Below are positions 54,901-63,337 of a stretch of DNA of 64,000 nucleotides, piece after piece (the first letter of the stretch is position 1; each line of letters starts with the position of its first letter). The notes below the pieces were generated by a model, which worked only from the letters and a program-made list of their open reading frames with translations, did no database searches and was not told the origin of the DNA. This DNA comes from Eubacteriales bacterium (GTDB lineage Bacteria; Bacillota; Clostridia; Oscillospirales; CAG-272). Position numbers and translations under genes: made by a program. The stretch lies in contig JAZONS010000005.1 of assembly GCA_045654585.1 (NCBI GenBank), forward strand, positions 42,399 through 106,398, written 5' to 3'.

Positions 54901-55493
54901 TCAAGGTAGCGCTCCGTGACCTCGAGATAAGAGGCGCGGGAAATCTGCTCGGCGCGGAGCAGCACGGGTATATAGATAGCGTAGGCTATGACTTATATGT
55001 CAAGCTTCTCAATGAAGCCGTTCTTGAGGAGCGCGGAATCTCCGCGCCTACCCTCTTTGAATCTACGATAGACTTCAAGATAGATGCGTATATTCCCGAG
55101 TATTATATAGCCGGCAGCGCTATGCGAATGGAGATATATAAAAAAATATCGCTCATCCGCTCACCGAGTGACAGGTCGGAGGTGCTTGACGAGCTGACAG
55201 ACAGATTCGGAGAGCCTCCGCGCCCCGTGGAGAGATTGCTCTACGTTGCAATGTGCCGCGCGATAGCGGAGCGCGCAAGGATACCGAGAATTGAGCTTAA
55301 AGCCCAGCAAATACTCTTCTATATGGAAAGACCCGACCTCTCGGTATGGTCTATGGTGCTGTCGATGCACAGAGGTCAGCTCATAGGCTCGTCGGGGGCA
55401 GCTCCGATAGTGTATAGACTCAAGCCGGGCGAGGAGCCTATCCGCGCTTTGGCATCGGTTCTTGAGGATTATTTTAAAGAGATAAATTCATAA
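51975..55493 (+). CDS. mfd: Transcription-repair coupling factor
   Basis: ORF track 51972..55493, where the first codon is TTG; ATG is at 51975. GDVGFGKTEVALRA Walker A, DEEQRFG, and a CarD-like block YVVHANYGIG. Confidence 0.95.
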   Translation: MKRITSLIEKDKEFAASLEVAFETLAKEEKLPIAVSGLSGGAHSAYIAEATRRILNKTAAPVLIIADSEGERDKLASLLTSCGVRAERYLSRELVFHSISASHDNERERLSVLLALLSGEPFAVVTTPDALVSATVPRELLGKIVTTLELGTEISPEELTERLVTLGFARCDTVESAGQFARRGGIVDFYVSSDEDPIRVEFFGDEIDRIVSFDVLTQRAVEAKREVRLAPAIEVMIRGEVRETLTSEVRKLIAKAESESTSVALKRELSALEGGMILDSRDKYLGIIYNEHETLMTYLDKAGCRFALTVGTNEGADRLKKYYRELSDNTQNLETHGLISKGSAWYAASQDEYNRYLSGVVNIHINSFSGGAGLGRLSGLFGFRTKRSVAYGKNPKMLLEDIDGLLRGGYRIILECENKASLTATAKLITESGYTPSVIEKDDIILPDSSGIIITVGSLEGFDLVMPRIAVLSMAEDEGRAIMLAKRRQRVLRKAGGAGQRIMSYAELEVGDYVVHANYGIGLFEGMQSVRIDGVTRDYITIRYAGTDKLFVPCDRLEMLGKYIGAREQDGTVKLSKMGGTEWHRTKSRAKSAVKDIAAKLIKLYAERQRLPGFAFPADSELEEEFAADFNFIETESQAQAIEEIKSDMMKPSPMNRLLCGDVGFGKTEVALRAAFKAIMGGKQVAILVPTTILALQHYGTALSRMRGYPVTVEMLSRFKTPKQQSKIIADLKAGKIDIIIGTHKLLGKNIAFRDLGLLIVDEEQRFGVSQKEKLKEMSTNIDVLTLSATPIPRTLNMAINGISDMSVLDEAPENRRPVQTYVLEHDEVVIAEAVRREIARGGQVLYLFNNIETIDFVADKIMKAVPEARVAYAHGRMDKDELEDIWQSLVSGEIDVLVCTTIIETGVDLPMANTLIIENADRMGLSQLHQIRGRVGRSERQAYAYFTYRPGKALTDIAKKRLSAIKEYAEFGAGFKVALRDLEIRGAGNLLGAEQHGYIDSVGYDLYVKLLNEAVLEERGISAPTLFESTIDFKIDAYIPEYYIAGSAMRMEIYKKISLIRSPSDRSEVLDELTDRFGEPPRPVERLLYVAMCRAIAERARIPRIELKAQQILFYMERPDLSVWSMVLSMHRGQLIGSSGAAPIVYRLKPGEEPIRALASVLEDYFKEINS

Positions 55494-55533
55494 AAACTCG
55501 TGTCGGACTTACCGTACGGGAAAGAAGGAAAAA

Positions 55534-56871
55534 ATGGGAAACAAGAAAACACAGAAAAAATCATATGATGCGGCATTTAACAAAGCGCCCACGCGTGCGG
55601 CTGTATTACCCGAGGAATCGGCTAAGAGAACTAAGAAAATTATTATAATTTTCGTCAGCGCGTTTCTTTCGGCAGTTCTTCTGCTTGGCATAATTCTCGG
55701 TACTGTTGCAATAGCAAGAAATGCGTCCTATGCCGTAAAGCTTGAGAGCGTCGGTATGACCGAGGGCGTAGTAAACTACTTTGTCACCGAGTTTAAGGCG
55801 GAGTATATCAAAACTCTTAATCAGTCGGGCACCTTAGTGACCGATAACGAAGCCTTCTGGGCAACTCCTTATCTGGGTGGCAACGTTAGCACGTCAACAA
55901 AGGGAGATTACCTTAAGCTCTACGTTGAGAACAGTATAAAATCTCTCATCTCCGCAAATCTCATTTTCGATAAATACAGCAAGCTCTCGAAGGACGATAA
56001 AAATAATATTGCTATTGCCGTGAACGAGATACTGACCTACAGAGCGGGCGGCTCAAAGGAGCAGTTCGACGCAAACGTGGAGCAGTACGGCTTTGATTAT
56101 AAGGATTTCAAAAAGGGCATCGAAATGCTCTATAAGGCAAACGTCGTTGCGTCAAGAGTTTTCGGCTCCGACGGCGCGAACGTCAGAAGCTTCCCTGAGT
56201 TCTGTGATGAATTCTTTATGGGAAGCGATAAGCTCTCGGGTTATACTAGAGCGAAGATAGTCTTCGTCAGAACGCAGGATACCTTCGTATATAACGATAA
56301 GGGCGAGCGCGAGAAGGACGAAAAGGGAAATGACAAGCTTCGTGACCTTACCGCAGATGAGCGCGCAGAGCGTGAGGGCTATATTCAGCTTCTCGAGTCC
56401 TGTATCAAGGGCTATGAGGACGGCTCGGTATCGAAGGAGCTGTTTGACGAGGTGGCGGAGAAGGTATATAAGTATAAAGACAATTTGACCGAAGAATACA
56501 TTGATTATTACCTCTGCGCGGGCAGCTCGTTTACGGAAGAATTCGGCAAAGAATTCCCCGATGTTATCGAAAAAGCATTATCCCTCAAAGTAGGAGAGGT
56601 GGATGCCTTGGAATACGGCTCGACTATGGCTGATGATGACGCTGAAGGTAACTCATTCGTCGGAAGAGTGTATATTTACAAAGTGGCAACCGATGAGGGC
56701 GCGTATAAGAGAACCGACAAGGTAGGCTTCTTTGAGGACTTCAACGTTCTTTGTGCATCGGCTCTTTACTCACGTATGCTCAGCGAGAGCACCGTCGACG
56801 TTGAGCTTCGCAAAAAGTGGGAAAAGATAGATATTATCAATCATAAATATACGAACGATTACGGAGTATAA
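55534..56871 (+). CDS. Membrane-anchored extracytoplasmic protein of unknown function (possibly SurA/PrsA-N-like chaperone)
   Basis: ORF track, 445 aa. Basic N-terminus and one TM segment. Position after mfd. No PPIase motif recognised. Confidence 0.35.
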   Translation: MGNKKTQKKSYDAAFNKAPTRAAVLPEESAKRTKKIIIIFVSAFLSAVLLLGIILGTVAIARNASYAVKLESVGMTEGVVNYFVTEFKAEYIKTLNQSGTLVTDNEAFWATPYLGGNVSTSTKGDYLKLYVENSIKSLISANLIFDKYSKLSKDDKNNIAIAVNEILTYRAGGSKEQFDANVEQYGFDYKDFKKGIEMLYKANVVASRVFGSDGANVRSFPEFCDEFFMGSDKLSGYTRAKIVFVRTQDTFVYNDKGEREKDEKGNDKLRDLTADERAEREGYIQLLESCIKGYEDGSVSKELFDEVAEKVYKYKDNLTEEYIDYYLCAGSSFTEEFGKEFPDVIEKALSLKVGEVDALEYGSTMADDDAEGNSFVGRVYIYKVATDEGAYKRTDKVGFFEDFNVLCASALYSRMLSESTVDVELRKKWEKIDIINHKYTNDYGV

Positions 56872-56880
56872 ATATTAAAT

Positions 56881-57819
56881 ATGGCTACGTTTTTTGTTGC
56901 GCTTTTGGCGGTAAGCGTCCTTTTGATTATCGCTCTTCCCGGATATATACTTATGAAAAGAAAAATGCTCTCCGAGGAGTGCATTCCTGGTATTTCTAAA
57001 ATACTTCTTTTCGTATGTCAGCCTTGCCTTGCGGTATTTACGTTCGGTAAGCTTGAATATTCCGCTTCGCTTCTCCTTGACCTTGGAATATTTGCGGCGC
57101 TCATCATCCTTGTTCACGCGCTGATGCTCGGCGGATCGTTCCTCGTTTTGAAGAAAAAATCGGAAGAGTCGATATACAGAATAATAACGATAGGAACGAC
57201 CTTCGGTAACTGCGCCTTCTTTGGTATTCCCGTAATAGAAGCGCTTCTTCCCGATATAGCGTCATCATTGATAGCGTATACCACAGTCTATGCCGCAGTA
57301 ATGAACGTCCTCGGCTGGACGGTCGGCTCGGCAATAATCTCTCACGATACTAAATACATATCACTCAAAAAGATATTCTTAAACCCCGCCATGATAGGTA
57401 CGGCGGCAGCGCTCTTAATATTCATCATGGGCATAGATTTCTCGAAGGAGATCGCGAATATGATAGAGTATACAGCGAGATCGGCGACGCCGCTTTCTAT
57501 GATAGTTATGGGAATGCGCCTTGGCACGATGAATATGAAAAAGGTATTCACCGACTATCGCGTATACCTTACGATAGCTGTAAAGCAGTTTTTAATGCCG
57601 CTTATAGCGTTCGGTGTCGTAATGCTTCTCCCGAGTCTTGACGTGGGACTTCGCCAGGCGTTCTTTATCACCTGCGCGTGCCCGATAGCATCGATAGTCC
57701 TGAACTTCTCGGAGATAGTCGGAGAAGGTCAGGAGGCAGGCGCGAATCTCGTTCTTGTAAGCACTATGTGCAGTATCATAACGCTGCCGGTGATGATGTT
57801 GCTTCTTCCGCTTATATAA
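56881..57819 (+). CDS. AEC (auxin efflux carrier) family transporter
   Basis: ORF track, 312 aa, 10 TM segments, two-fold internal layout. Confidence 0.75.
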   Translation: MATFFVALLAVSVLLIIALPGYILMKRKMLSEECIPGISKILLFVCQPCLAVFTFGKLEYSASLLLDLGIFAALIILVHALMLGGSFLVLKKKSEESIYRIITIGTTFGNCAFFGIPVIEALLPDIASSLIAYTTVYAAVMNVLGWTVGSAIISHDTKYISLKKIFLNPAMIGTAAALLIFIMGIDFSKEIANMIEYTARSATPLSMIVMGMRLGTMNMKKVFTDYRVYLTIAVKQFLMPLIAFGVVMLLPSLDVGLRQAFFITCACPIASIVLNFSEIVGEGQEAGANLVLVSTMCSIITLPVMMLLLPLI

Positions 57820-57924
57820 CGGACTTTGATATTTTGGCATATTCCTGCGTTTCCTCACTCGCTGTAGGTTTACGGACTTTGATATTTTGGCATCTTTCCG
57901 CGTTTCCTTACTCGCTGTAGGTAA
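57819..57924 (-). repeat. Two direct 53-nt units (inverted relative to the following array)
   Basis: 57819-57871 and 57872-57924: ACGGACTTTGATATTTTGGCAT..GCGTTTCCT.ACTCGCTGTAGG. Confidence 0.85.
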
Positions 57925-57930
57925 CTACAG

Positions 57931-58211
57931 CTTCGCTCGTCAGCCACGAAAATCTATCCAAAATCTCTTCGTCCGTGAATTTTTGTGAAAGTTAAAGATT
58001 CTCGGTTTGGAGCGAAGAATAAACTTCGCTTGTCAGCCACGGAAATCTGCACAAAATCTCTTCGTGCGTGAGCTCTTGCCGAAAGTTAAAGATTCTCGGT
58101 TTGGAGCGAAGAATAAACTTCGCTTGTCAGCCACGGAAATCTATCCAAAATCTCTTCGTCCGTGTACTCTTACCGAAAGTTAAAGATTCTCGATTTGAAA
58201 CGAAAGATTAA
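57931..58211 (+). repeat. Three direct 93-94-nt units
   Basis: Units start at 57931, 58024 and 58118. Each contains CACGGA..TCCGTG and AGCGAAG-AATAAA-CTTCGCT hairpins. Confidence 0.9.
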
Positions 58212-58236
58212 TTTTGCTCATATTGAGCCTGACGGT

Positions 58237-58341
58237 GCGCAGTCGAAATTTTTCGTCATCTGTCATCCTGAGCGCAGTCGAAATCCGAGCATAGCGAGGA
58301 TCAAACGGTGCGTAGCAACGTTTGGGATCTATGACGAAAAA
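58237..58341. repeat. Second repeat type: 13-nt direct repeat and 11-bp perfect inverted repeat
   Basis: GCGCAGTCGAAAT occurs at 58237-58249 and 58272-58284. TTTTTCGTCAT (58249-58259) pairs with ATGACGAAAAA (58331-58341). Confidence 0.8.
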
Positions 58342-58399
58342 GCACCATGCGAAGCCGAAGTAGGATCTTTGGCAATAAAAATCATATATTAAATGCAAA

Positions 58400-58429
58400 A
58401 CGCCGAGGCAAATACTACTGCCTCGGCGT
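58400..58429 (-). terminator. Terminator hairpin after the MFS gene
   Basis: ACGCCGAGGCA (58400-58410) pairs with TGCCTCGGCGT (58419-58429). Confidence 0.55.
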
Positions 58430-58454
58430 AAAATATTAATGGCATAAGCCGAAA

Positions 58455-59792
58455 TTATTCCGCGCTATTCTCGTTGTCACACTTGTTCGTAAGCCTTGCG
58501 AGCAGCGGAACGAGAGCGAAGATGATAAGCGAAACTATCGCGCCTGCGAGGAAGATCTCGGGGGCGGGGATATAGCTTGTCGTCATAGCGTCTGCGCCCG
58601 CGTCGGGAAGGGGAATATTCTTTGCGGCGTTTATCGCGTTACCGATAGCGGGACCTGCGAGCATCGGGATAAGTACCGCGAATATCATTCGCACGCCCTG
58701 AAGCTTACCGGCCTGGTTTTCGGGAGTGTGATCTCTGACTATTGCGCCGCTGAGAGCGGAAATAAAGATGTATCCGCATATCATAACGAAGCCCGCGATA
58801 CCGAAGAGCACGAGGTTTGCTGTATGTCCCATATCCTTAGCGAGGTACATTGCAAGAAGTCCTGCGGCAAATATGCCCGCGGCGATATATATCGAGCCAA
58901 CCTTGTCCATTTTGTCGGAAAGCTTTCCGAGGAAGATGTTGACCGCCGCTCCGAGCACGATAGCAAGACCGAAGATCACGCTGTACTCAACGACGGAGAA
59001 TGTGAGATACGTCTTCATATAAATGATGAGGTAGGGCATAAATATCTGGCACGCAATGCCGTATACACCGAGGATAAGAAGTGATACGTAGAACGCCTTG
59101 TTCGACTTTACGGTCGATGGCTTGAAGCCGTATATCATATCGCGGAGCGTGCCCGAGCGAACGAGATTTTTGCTGTCCTTTATAATGAAAAGACCGATAA
59201 CGCCCGAGATGCTGATAACAAGACCGAGTGAGAGGAATAGATACTTATATCCGATTATCTCGACGAGTATTCCGAATCCGCCCGCAACTATGAGCATAGC
59301 GGCGAGAGGGAGAATGGAAAGCACGCTTTCAACCTGACCTCTGTATGAATTTTCGGTGTTGTCGGTCACCCAAGCGGAGAATGCCGCATCGTTTGAGGTA
59401 GAGCCGAAAAGAGTCATAACGCAGTCGCCGATAATAACTGCCGCGAGGCAGAGCTTAACTGCCGAGTCATAGCTCATACCGAAGAGATTTTCTGCCGTCT
59501 CGACCGAGATGAAGCCGAATAGCACGACGGTAAGTCCCCAAATAATATATCCGATAGAAATAAACGAGCGTCTGTTTCCTATCTTGTCCGAAAGTGTACC
59601 CGCAATGAGAGTAACGAACGTTGCGGCAACGCCGCTGAGCTGTACCATAAGAGTAATCGCGCTGAGATTCTGGCTTATCGTATCGAAAACGAAAAGGTTG
59701 AAATACATATTTTCAACCGCCCAGGCGATCTGCCCAATAAGTCCGAAAAGGAGCAGTACGGTCCAGTTTTTTCGTGAAAACTTGCTTTCCAT
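58455..59792 (-). CDS. MFS transporter
   Basis: ORF track 58455..59852. Start moved to MESKFSRKNW (59792, GGAGG 6 nt upstream). 12 TM segments. Confidence 0.8.
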   Translation of the reverse strand: MESKFSRKNWTVLLLFGLIGQIAWAVENMYFNLFVFDTISQNLSAITLMVQLSGVAATFVTLIAGTLSDKIGNRRSFISIGYIIWGLTVVLFGFISVETAENLFGMSYDSAVKLCLAAVIIGDCVMTLFGSTSNDAAFSAWVTDNTENSYRGQVESVLSILPLAAMLIVAGGFGILVEIIGYKYLFLSLGLVISISGVIGLFIIKDSKNLVRSGTLRDMIYGFKPSTVKSNKAFYVSLLILGVYGIACQIFMPYLIIYMKTYLTFSVVEYSVIFGLAIVLGAAVNIFLGKLSDKMDKVGSIYIAAGIFAAGLLAMYLAKDMGHTANLVLFGIAGFVMICGYIFISALSGAIVRDHTPENQAGKLQGVRMIFAVLIPMLAGPAIGNAINAAKNIPLPDAGADAMTTSYIPAPEIFLAGAIVSLIIFALVPLLARLTNKCDNENSAE

Positions 59793-59862
59793 AATAGACC
59801 TCCGAAAAATATTTACCGAAATAAATATACCATATCGCGCCGATAAAGTCAATAATAATTCA

Positions 59863-60711
59863 TCAAGCGATTGCTTTTTTATCCTCGAGGGACTTAAGAA
59901 AGCCCTCGAGGATATTTGCTTTTGTTTCGCACCAGAGCGATAGCGTGTGCTTTGCGTAGGAGTATCCTGCGGAATATCCCTTGAAGCCTATCAATGGCAG
60001 AGCGGAGAGCTTGAGGATGCCGTTGAGTACATCAGCCCCGGTCAACCCATCCTTTGCGGTCAGCATAACGGATACCGTGACAGCCATACAAACCGTAGAG
60101 GGTATGAGCTTCAAAAGAAGCATCGGTATCTTTCGTCTTTCGGGATTTTCAAGCTCGCTTCTTCTGTGCCACCGCTCCTTTCCGAGCAGTACCTTCGGGG
60201 ATATCTCGGCAGGCTTGATTTTTGCAATTCTGCGAAGAATTCTGTCTGTCTTTTTGTCAAACCTCTCGCCCGAAATATAGGAGGCAAGCTCGTTTTCGGT
60301 GAGCCCGTGTGAGATAAGAGCACTCTTTTTTCTGAATTCGAACTCCGATTTCGCATAGTCTATGCAGTATCCGCGCAGCGCGCCTATGCGTTCACCGGTA
60401 ATCGCGGCGCGGAGCTTTTCAAAACGTTCGTTCGCGAGCCGAAATTCCTCGGTCTCTTCACCGCACCTCTCGCCGGCATCTTCAAGAGAAAAATAGATTA
60501 TGTATGCGGACGTGATAAGTAAAAGTAGGGAAGAGGCAAAATCCTTCGTAAAAATTCCCGTGAACGTAACGTCGGTGAAGGTGACGGCAAGCATAAGGAG
60601 TGAAACGAAGAGCGCGATTATCTTACCCATATTCGCAACGAGCGCGCGTCCCGCCCTTTTCATTATCTCACCTGAGTCGAGTATCGTATCCTCAAAATCT
60701 CCGAATTTCAT
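59863..60711 (-). CDS. Membrane protein of unknown function (2+2 TM with cytoplasmic helical middle)
   Basis: ORF track, 282 aa. Last gene of the tail-like operon. Confidence 0.4.
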   Translation of the reverse strand: MKFGDFEDTILDSGEIMKRAGRALVANMGKIIALFVSLLMLAVTFTDVTFTGIFTKDFASSLLLLITSAYIIYFSLEDAGERCGEETEEFRLANERFEKLRAAITGERIGALRGYCIDYAKSEFEFRKKSALISHGLTENELASYISGERFDKKTDRILRRIAKIKPAEISPKVLLGKERWHRRSELENPERRKIPMLLLKLIPSTVCMAVTVSVMLTAKDGLTGADVLNGILKLSALPLIGFKGYSAGYSYAKHTLSLWCETKANILEGFLKSLEDKKAIA

Positions 60712-60717
60712 AGAAAA

Positions 60718-61065
60718 TTACCTGTACCTTTCTGCAAATTTAAATAACAAGGCGGCTGCCGTGTTGGAAATAAGACCGACAAAGGCGATAACCGTCATCT
60801 CGTCCGCTATACTCTTGAGCAGGAAAAACGTAACAAAAACGAACAGCCAGACAAAGAGTATAGAGGGAGAAGCAAGCATACGCCGCACGAGCTTTAAGAC
60901 AGGGCCTATAGCAACAAGCAGCAAAACCAGGGTAAAACCCGAGAGAAAAGCTCCTGTGCCGCGATCTCGCCAGAGTGGGAAGTAGGCAAGCGTGGTAAAT
61001 ATTGCGGGCAGTGTCGAGAGCGCAAGTGCAAATAATGTCACCGCGTAAAATTTGAATTTACTCAT
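60718..61065 (-). CDS. Small 4-TM membrane protein (holin-like by size and position only)
   Basis: ORF track 60718..61083. MSKFKFY start at 61065 overlaps the upstream stop. Confidence 0.4.
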   Translation of the reverse strand: MSKFKFYAVTLFALALSTLPAIFTTLAYFPLWRDRGTGAFLSGFTLVLLLVAIGPVLKLVRRMLASPSILFVWLFVFVTFFLLKSIADEMTVIAFVGLISNTAAALLFKFAERYR

Positions 61066-61753
61066 TTGGCTTACCATCGGCAAGAGCCGCCTTCATTATA
61101 GCGATCCTCTCGCCGACGTTGTCTTTAAGATACTGCGGGAGCGCGGCAGACATAAATATCTCGTAAAGCATATCCACCTCAGCTGAGAGCACGGTGTTGG
61201 TTATCTTGCGCTCGTTGCCCTCGCTCTCAAGCTCTGCGAGCCTGACCTCAAGCCCTGCAAGTATATCGCACGTACCCTTCAGCAGATTTTCTGCGGCATC
61301 GAGCTTCTCGCCGATAGCTTCGCTGAGCTCCTCTGCGCCGAAGGATAATTCACCGGTCTTTTCGTTGATGGTTTTGACTCCCTGCGCAAGCGCGCCGAGC
61401 CCGTCGGTAACAAGAGGGAGAAATCCCTTTTTATAGCATAACATTATAATAAGCGAGCCGATAAAGGTGAGCGCCGAGAGTATCTCGGCTAAGTGCTCTT
61501 CAAAAGCCGCGAAAAGTGACGGAAAAAAACCGGCGTCGGACTTATCGGCAGCATCCGTGTCAGCTTTCTCGGAGCTTATGTCCTCTGTGCTGCCTTCTGT
61601 GACGGTAGCGCTCTCTTCAGCATCTGTCTTCGTCATATCCACTTCGTTTGCGAACGCCGTTACCGGAGTAATAAGTGTGAATAAAACGAGAATGAATAAA
61701 GCTATCGAAACAGTGTATTTGTAAAGTTTTCTTTTCATAGTGTTTCCTTTCAT
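61058..61753 (-). CDS. Secreted/anchored coiled-coil protein of unknown function
   Basis: ORF track, 231 aa. Signal peptide, acidic linker, TM segment, and coiled-coil LAGLEVRLAELESE. Confidence 0.4.
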   Translation of the reverse strand: MKGNTMKRKLYKYTVSIALFILVLFTLITPVTAFANEVDMTKTDAEESATVTEGSTEDISSEKADTDAADKSDAGFFPSLFAAFEEHLAEILSALTFIGSLIIMLCYKKGFLPLVTDGLGALAQGVKTINEKTGELSFGAEELSEAIGEKLDAAENLLKGTCDILAGLEVRLAELESEGNERKITNTVLSAEVDMLYEIFMSAALPQYLKDNVGERIAIMKAALADGKPNE

Positions 61754-62175
61754 GTGAATTTGAACATAGGTTGTGGGTTGATTTTATCCTCGATCTCAGA
61801 TACTCTTTCTTCGAGTTTTGATATTTTACCGGAGAGCTCTAGAAATGCGTTCTTTATCTTCTCGCAAGCAGGGGAGTCTATCGGTAAGCGAAGAATCGTT
61901 CCGTCGGTTTTGAGAAACGGAGTCGCGGTAATCTTTTTTTCGTCCGAAATTATTCCGACCTCGACAATTCCGTCGGGAAGCTTTTCAAAATCTATCTCGC
62001 AGCCACCGCCCTTTATTCTGCATCGCCTGCCTGCGATAATAGCCGTATCTCCGACCCGCAAGGGGATGTCGAGTCTTACCTTGTCAGCTTCTCCCATAAT
62101 TACGTCGCAGAGCATATAAACCTCATCCGTCCCGAGTATGCTCTCCGATATCGGTCTGTATTTTAAAGTAATCAT
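61750..62175 (-). CDS. Hypothetical protein with C-terminal coiled coil
   Basis: ORF track, 141 aa. ATGA overlap with the next gene. Confidence 0.4.
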   Translation of the reverse strand: MITLKYRPISESILGTDEVYMLCDVIMGEADKVRLDIPLRVGDTAIIAGRRCRIKGGGCEIDFEKLPDGIVEVGIISDEKKITATPFLKTDGTILRLPIDSPACEKIKNAFLELSGKISKLEERVSEIEDKINPQPMFKFT

Positions 62176-62188
62176 AGTTAATCCTTTC

Positions 62189-63337
62189 TTAGTAGTATTC
62201 TATATAGCATATCTTCGGATCTACCTCGGTGAGCACGTCTATGACCGCCTTTCCCGTGACGTCGGGCAGGTAAATGTAGGCGTTGGATATTTGTGTGACG
62301 GGGTCTTGCAAGATATATGCCACCTCAAACGGATTGCTGTCGAGATATTCGCATAGCTTTTCTACGCTTTCAAGATTGCCGGGCGGCTTGAAGTAGATAG
62401 CCGAGCCCCCTGCAGACAGCTGAATACCGCTTTCGCACTCATCCGTTAGCATACCGTACGGTGAGATAAGCTCGCTGCCGCCTCTTGCGGGAGTGCCGAG
62501 CTCGATCATAAAAACGCCATCCGTGTCGGTTTCGCTGATGTAGAGGGAAGAGGTCACGTTAAGTATTTTAATCTTACGTGTAAGCTTGCCCGAGAGAAGA
62601 TCGAGCTCGTCTGCCGCAGGACCTATCGAATAAAGCGGCGCGTCAAGGATAATGTCATGCCGCTCTCCGACGTACGGCTCATGAATATCCGCGTGGACCG
62701 TGTGCGTACCCTCGTAAATGCCGAAGTTTGCCAGAATGTAGATAGTTATCTGCCTGTCACCCACGTGAGATGAGATATGCTTTAAAGTCTTTTCGGGGTC
62801 TGTTGAAACGCACTCTGTAAAATTGCTGGCAGACGTATTCATTGAAGGAGTATAAGACGTGCCGTCGGTGTAATTGAAGGTGAGCTTCAGGTCTCGCGGC
62901 TTTGTAGCACTGATATATTTCACCTGGTAGGCAAGCGTATACGCCGTTTTCTCCTTGAACTTAATCGTACTGCTGTCGATTACAGGCACACCAGCTGAGG
63001 TTTTATCCGCAACGAAGATATACTGGGTATCGCTTATGGAAGGCTTCATTTCGCTGGTTATCCCGAGCGATGAGTGTATCTTGCAGAACTCGGTTCCGCC
63101 GAGATAGTTTTTTCCGTGGATATGTAACCTAAGTTTGTACGCATCAAGCTCACTGTCATAATCCCCGACGCCGATAAAAGCGCCGTCGCTCTCGCGTACC
63201 TCGCCGCGTCCCCTGAGAATGAATTTGCTGATACTGTCACTCGTCATATCATCCGAAAGCGGAATGTCGACAGTACCGCGCTTTCTGTGAAGCCAGCGCA
63301 GGGTCTTTCTTATTAGCTTAAAACCGCGTTTACGCAT
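62189..63337 (-). CDS. Putative phage tail-fibre/receptor-binding-type protein
   Basis: ORF track, 382 aa. Call is from operon context and beta-rich composition; no motif recognised. Confidence 0.35.
   Translation of the reverse strand: MRKRGFKLIRKTLRWLHRKRGTVDIPLSDDMTSDSISKFILRGRGEVRESDGAFIGVGDYDSELDAYKLRLHIHGKNYLGGTEFCKIHSSLGITSEMKPSISDTQYIFVADKTSAGVPVIDSSTIKFKEKTAYTLAYQVKYISATKPRDLKLTFNYTDGTSYTPSMNTSASNFTECVSTDPEKTLKHISSHVGDRQITIYILANFGIYEGTHTVHADIHEPYVGERHDIILDAPLYSIGPAADELDLLSGKLTRKIKILNVTSSLYISETDTDGVFMIELGTPARGGSELISPYGMLTDECESGIQLSAGGSAIYFKPPGNLESVEKLCEYLDSNPFEVAYILQDPVTQISNAYIYLPDVTGKAVIDVLTEVDPKICYIEYY

Noticed and set aside
57819-58211. CRISPR array.
   Set aside because: Units are 53 and 93-94 nt long and directly abutting, with no unique spacers. 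There are no cas genes and no leader. This is a tandem/inverted repeat array, not CRISPR.
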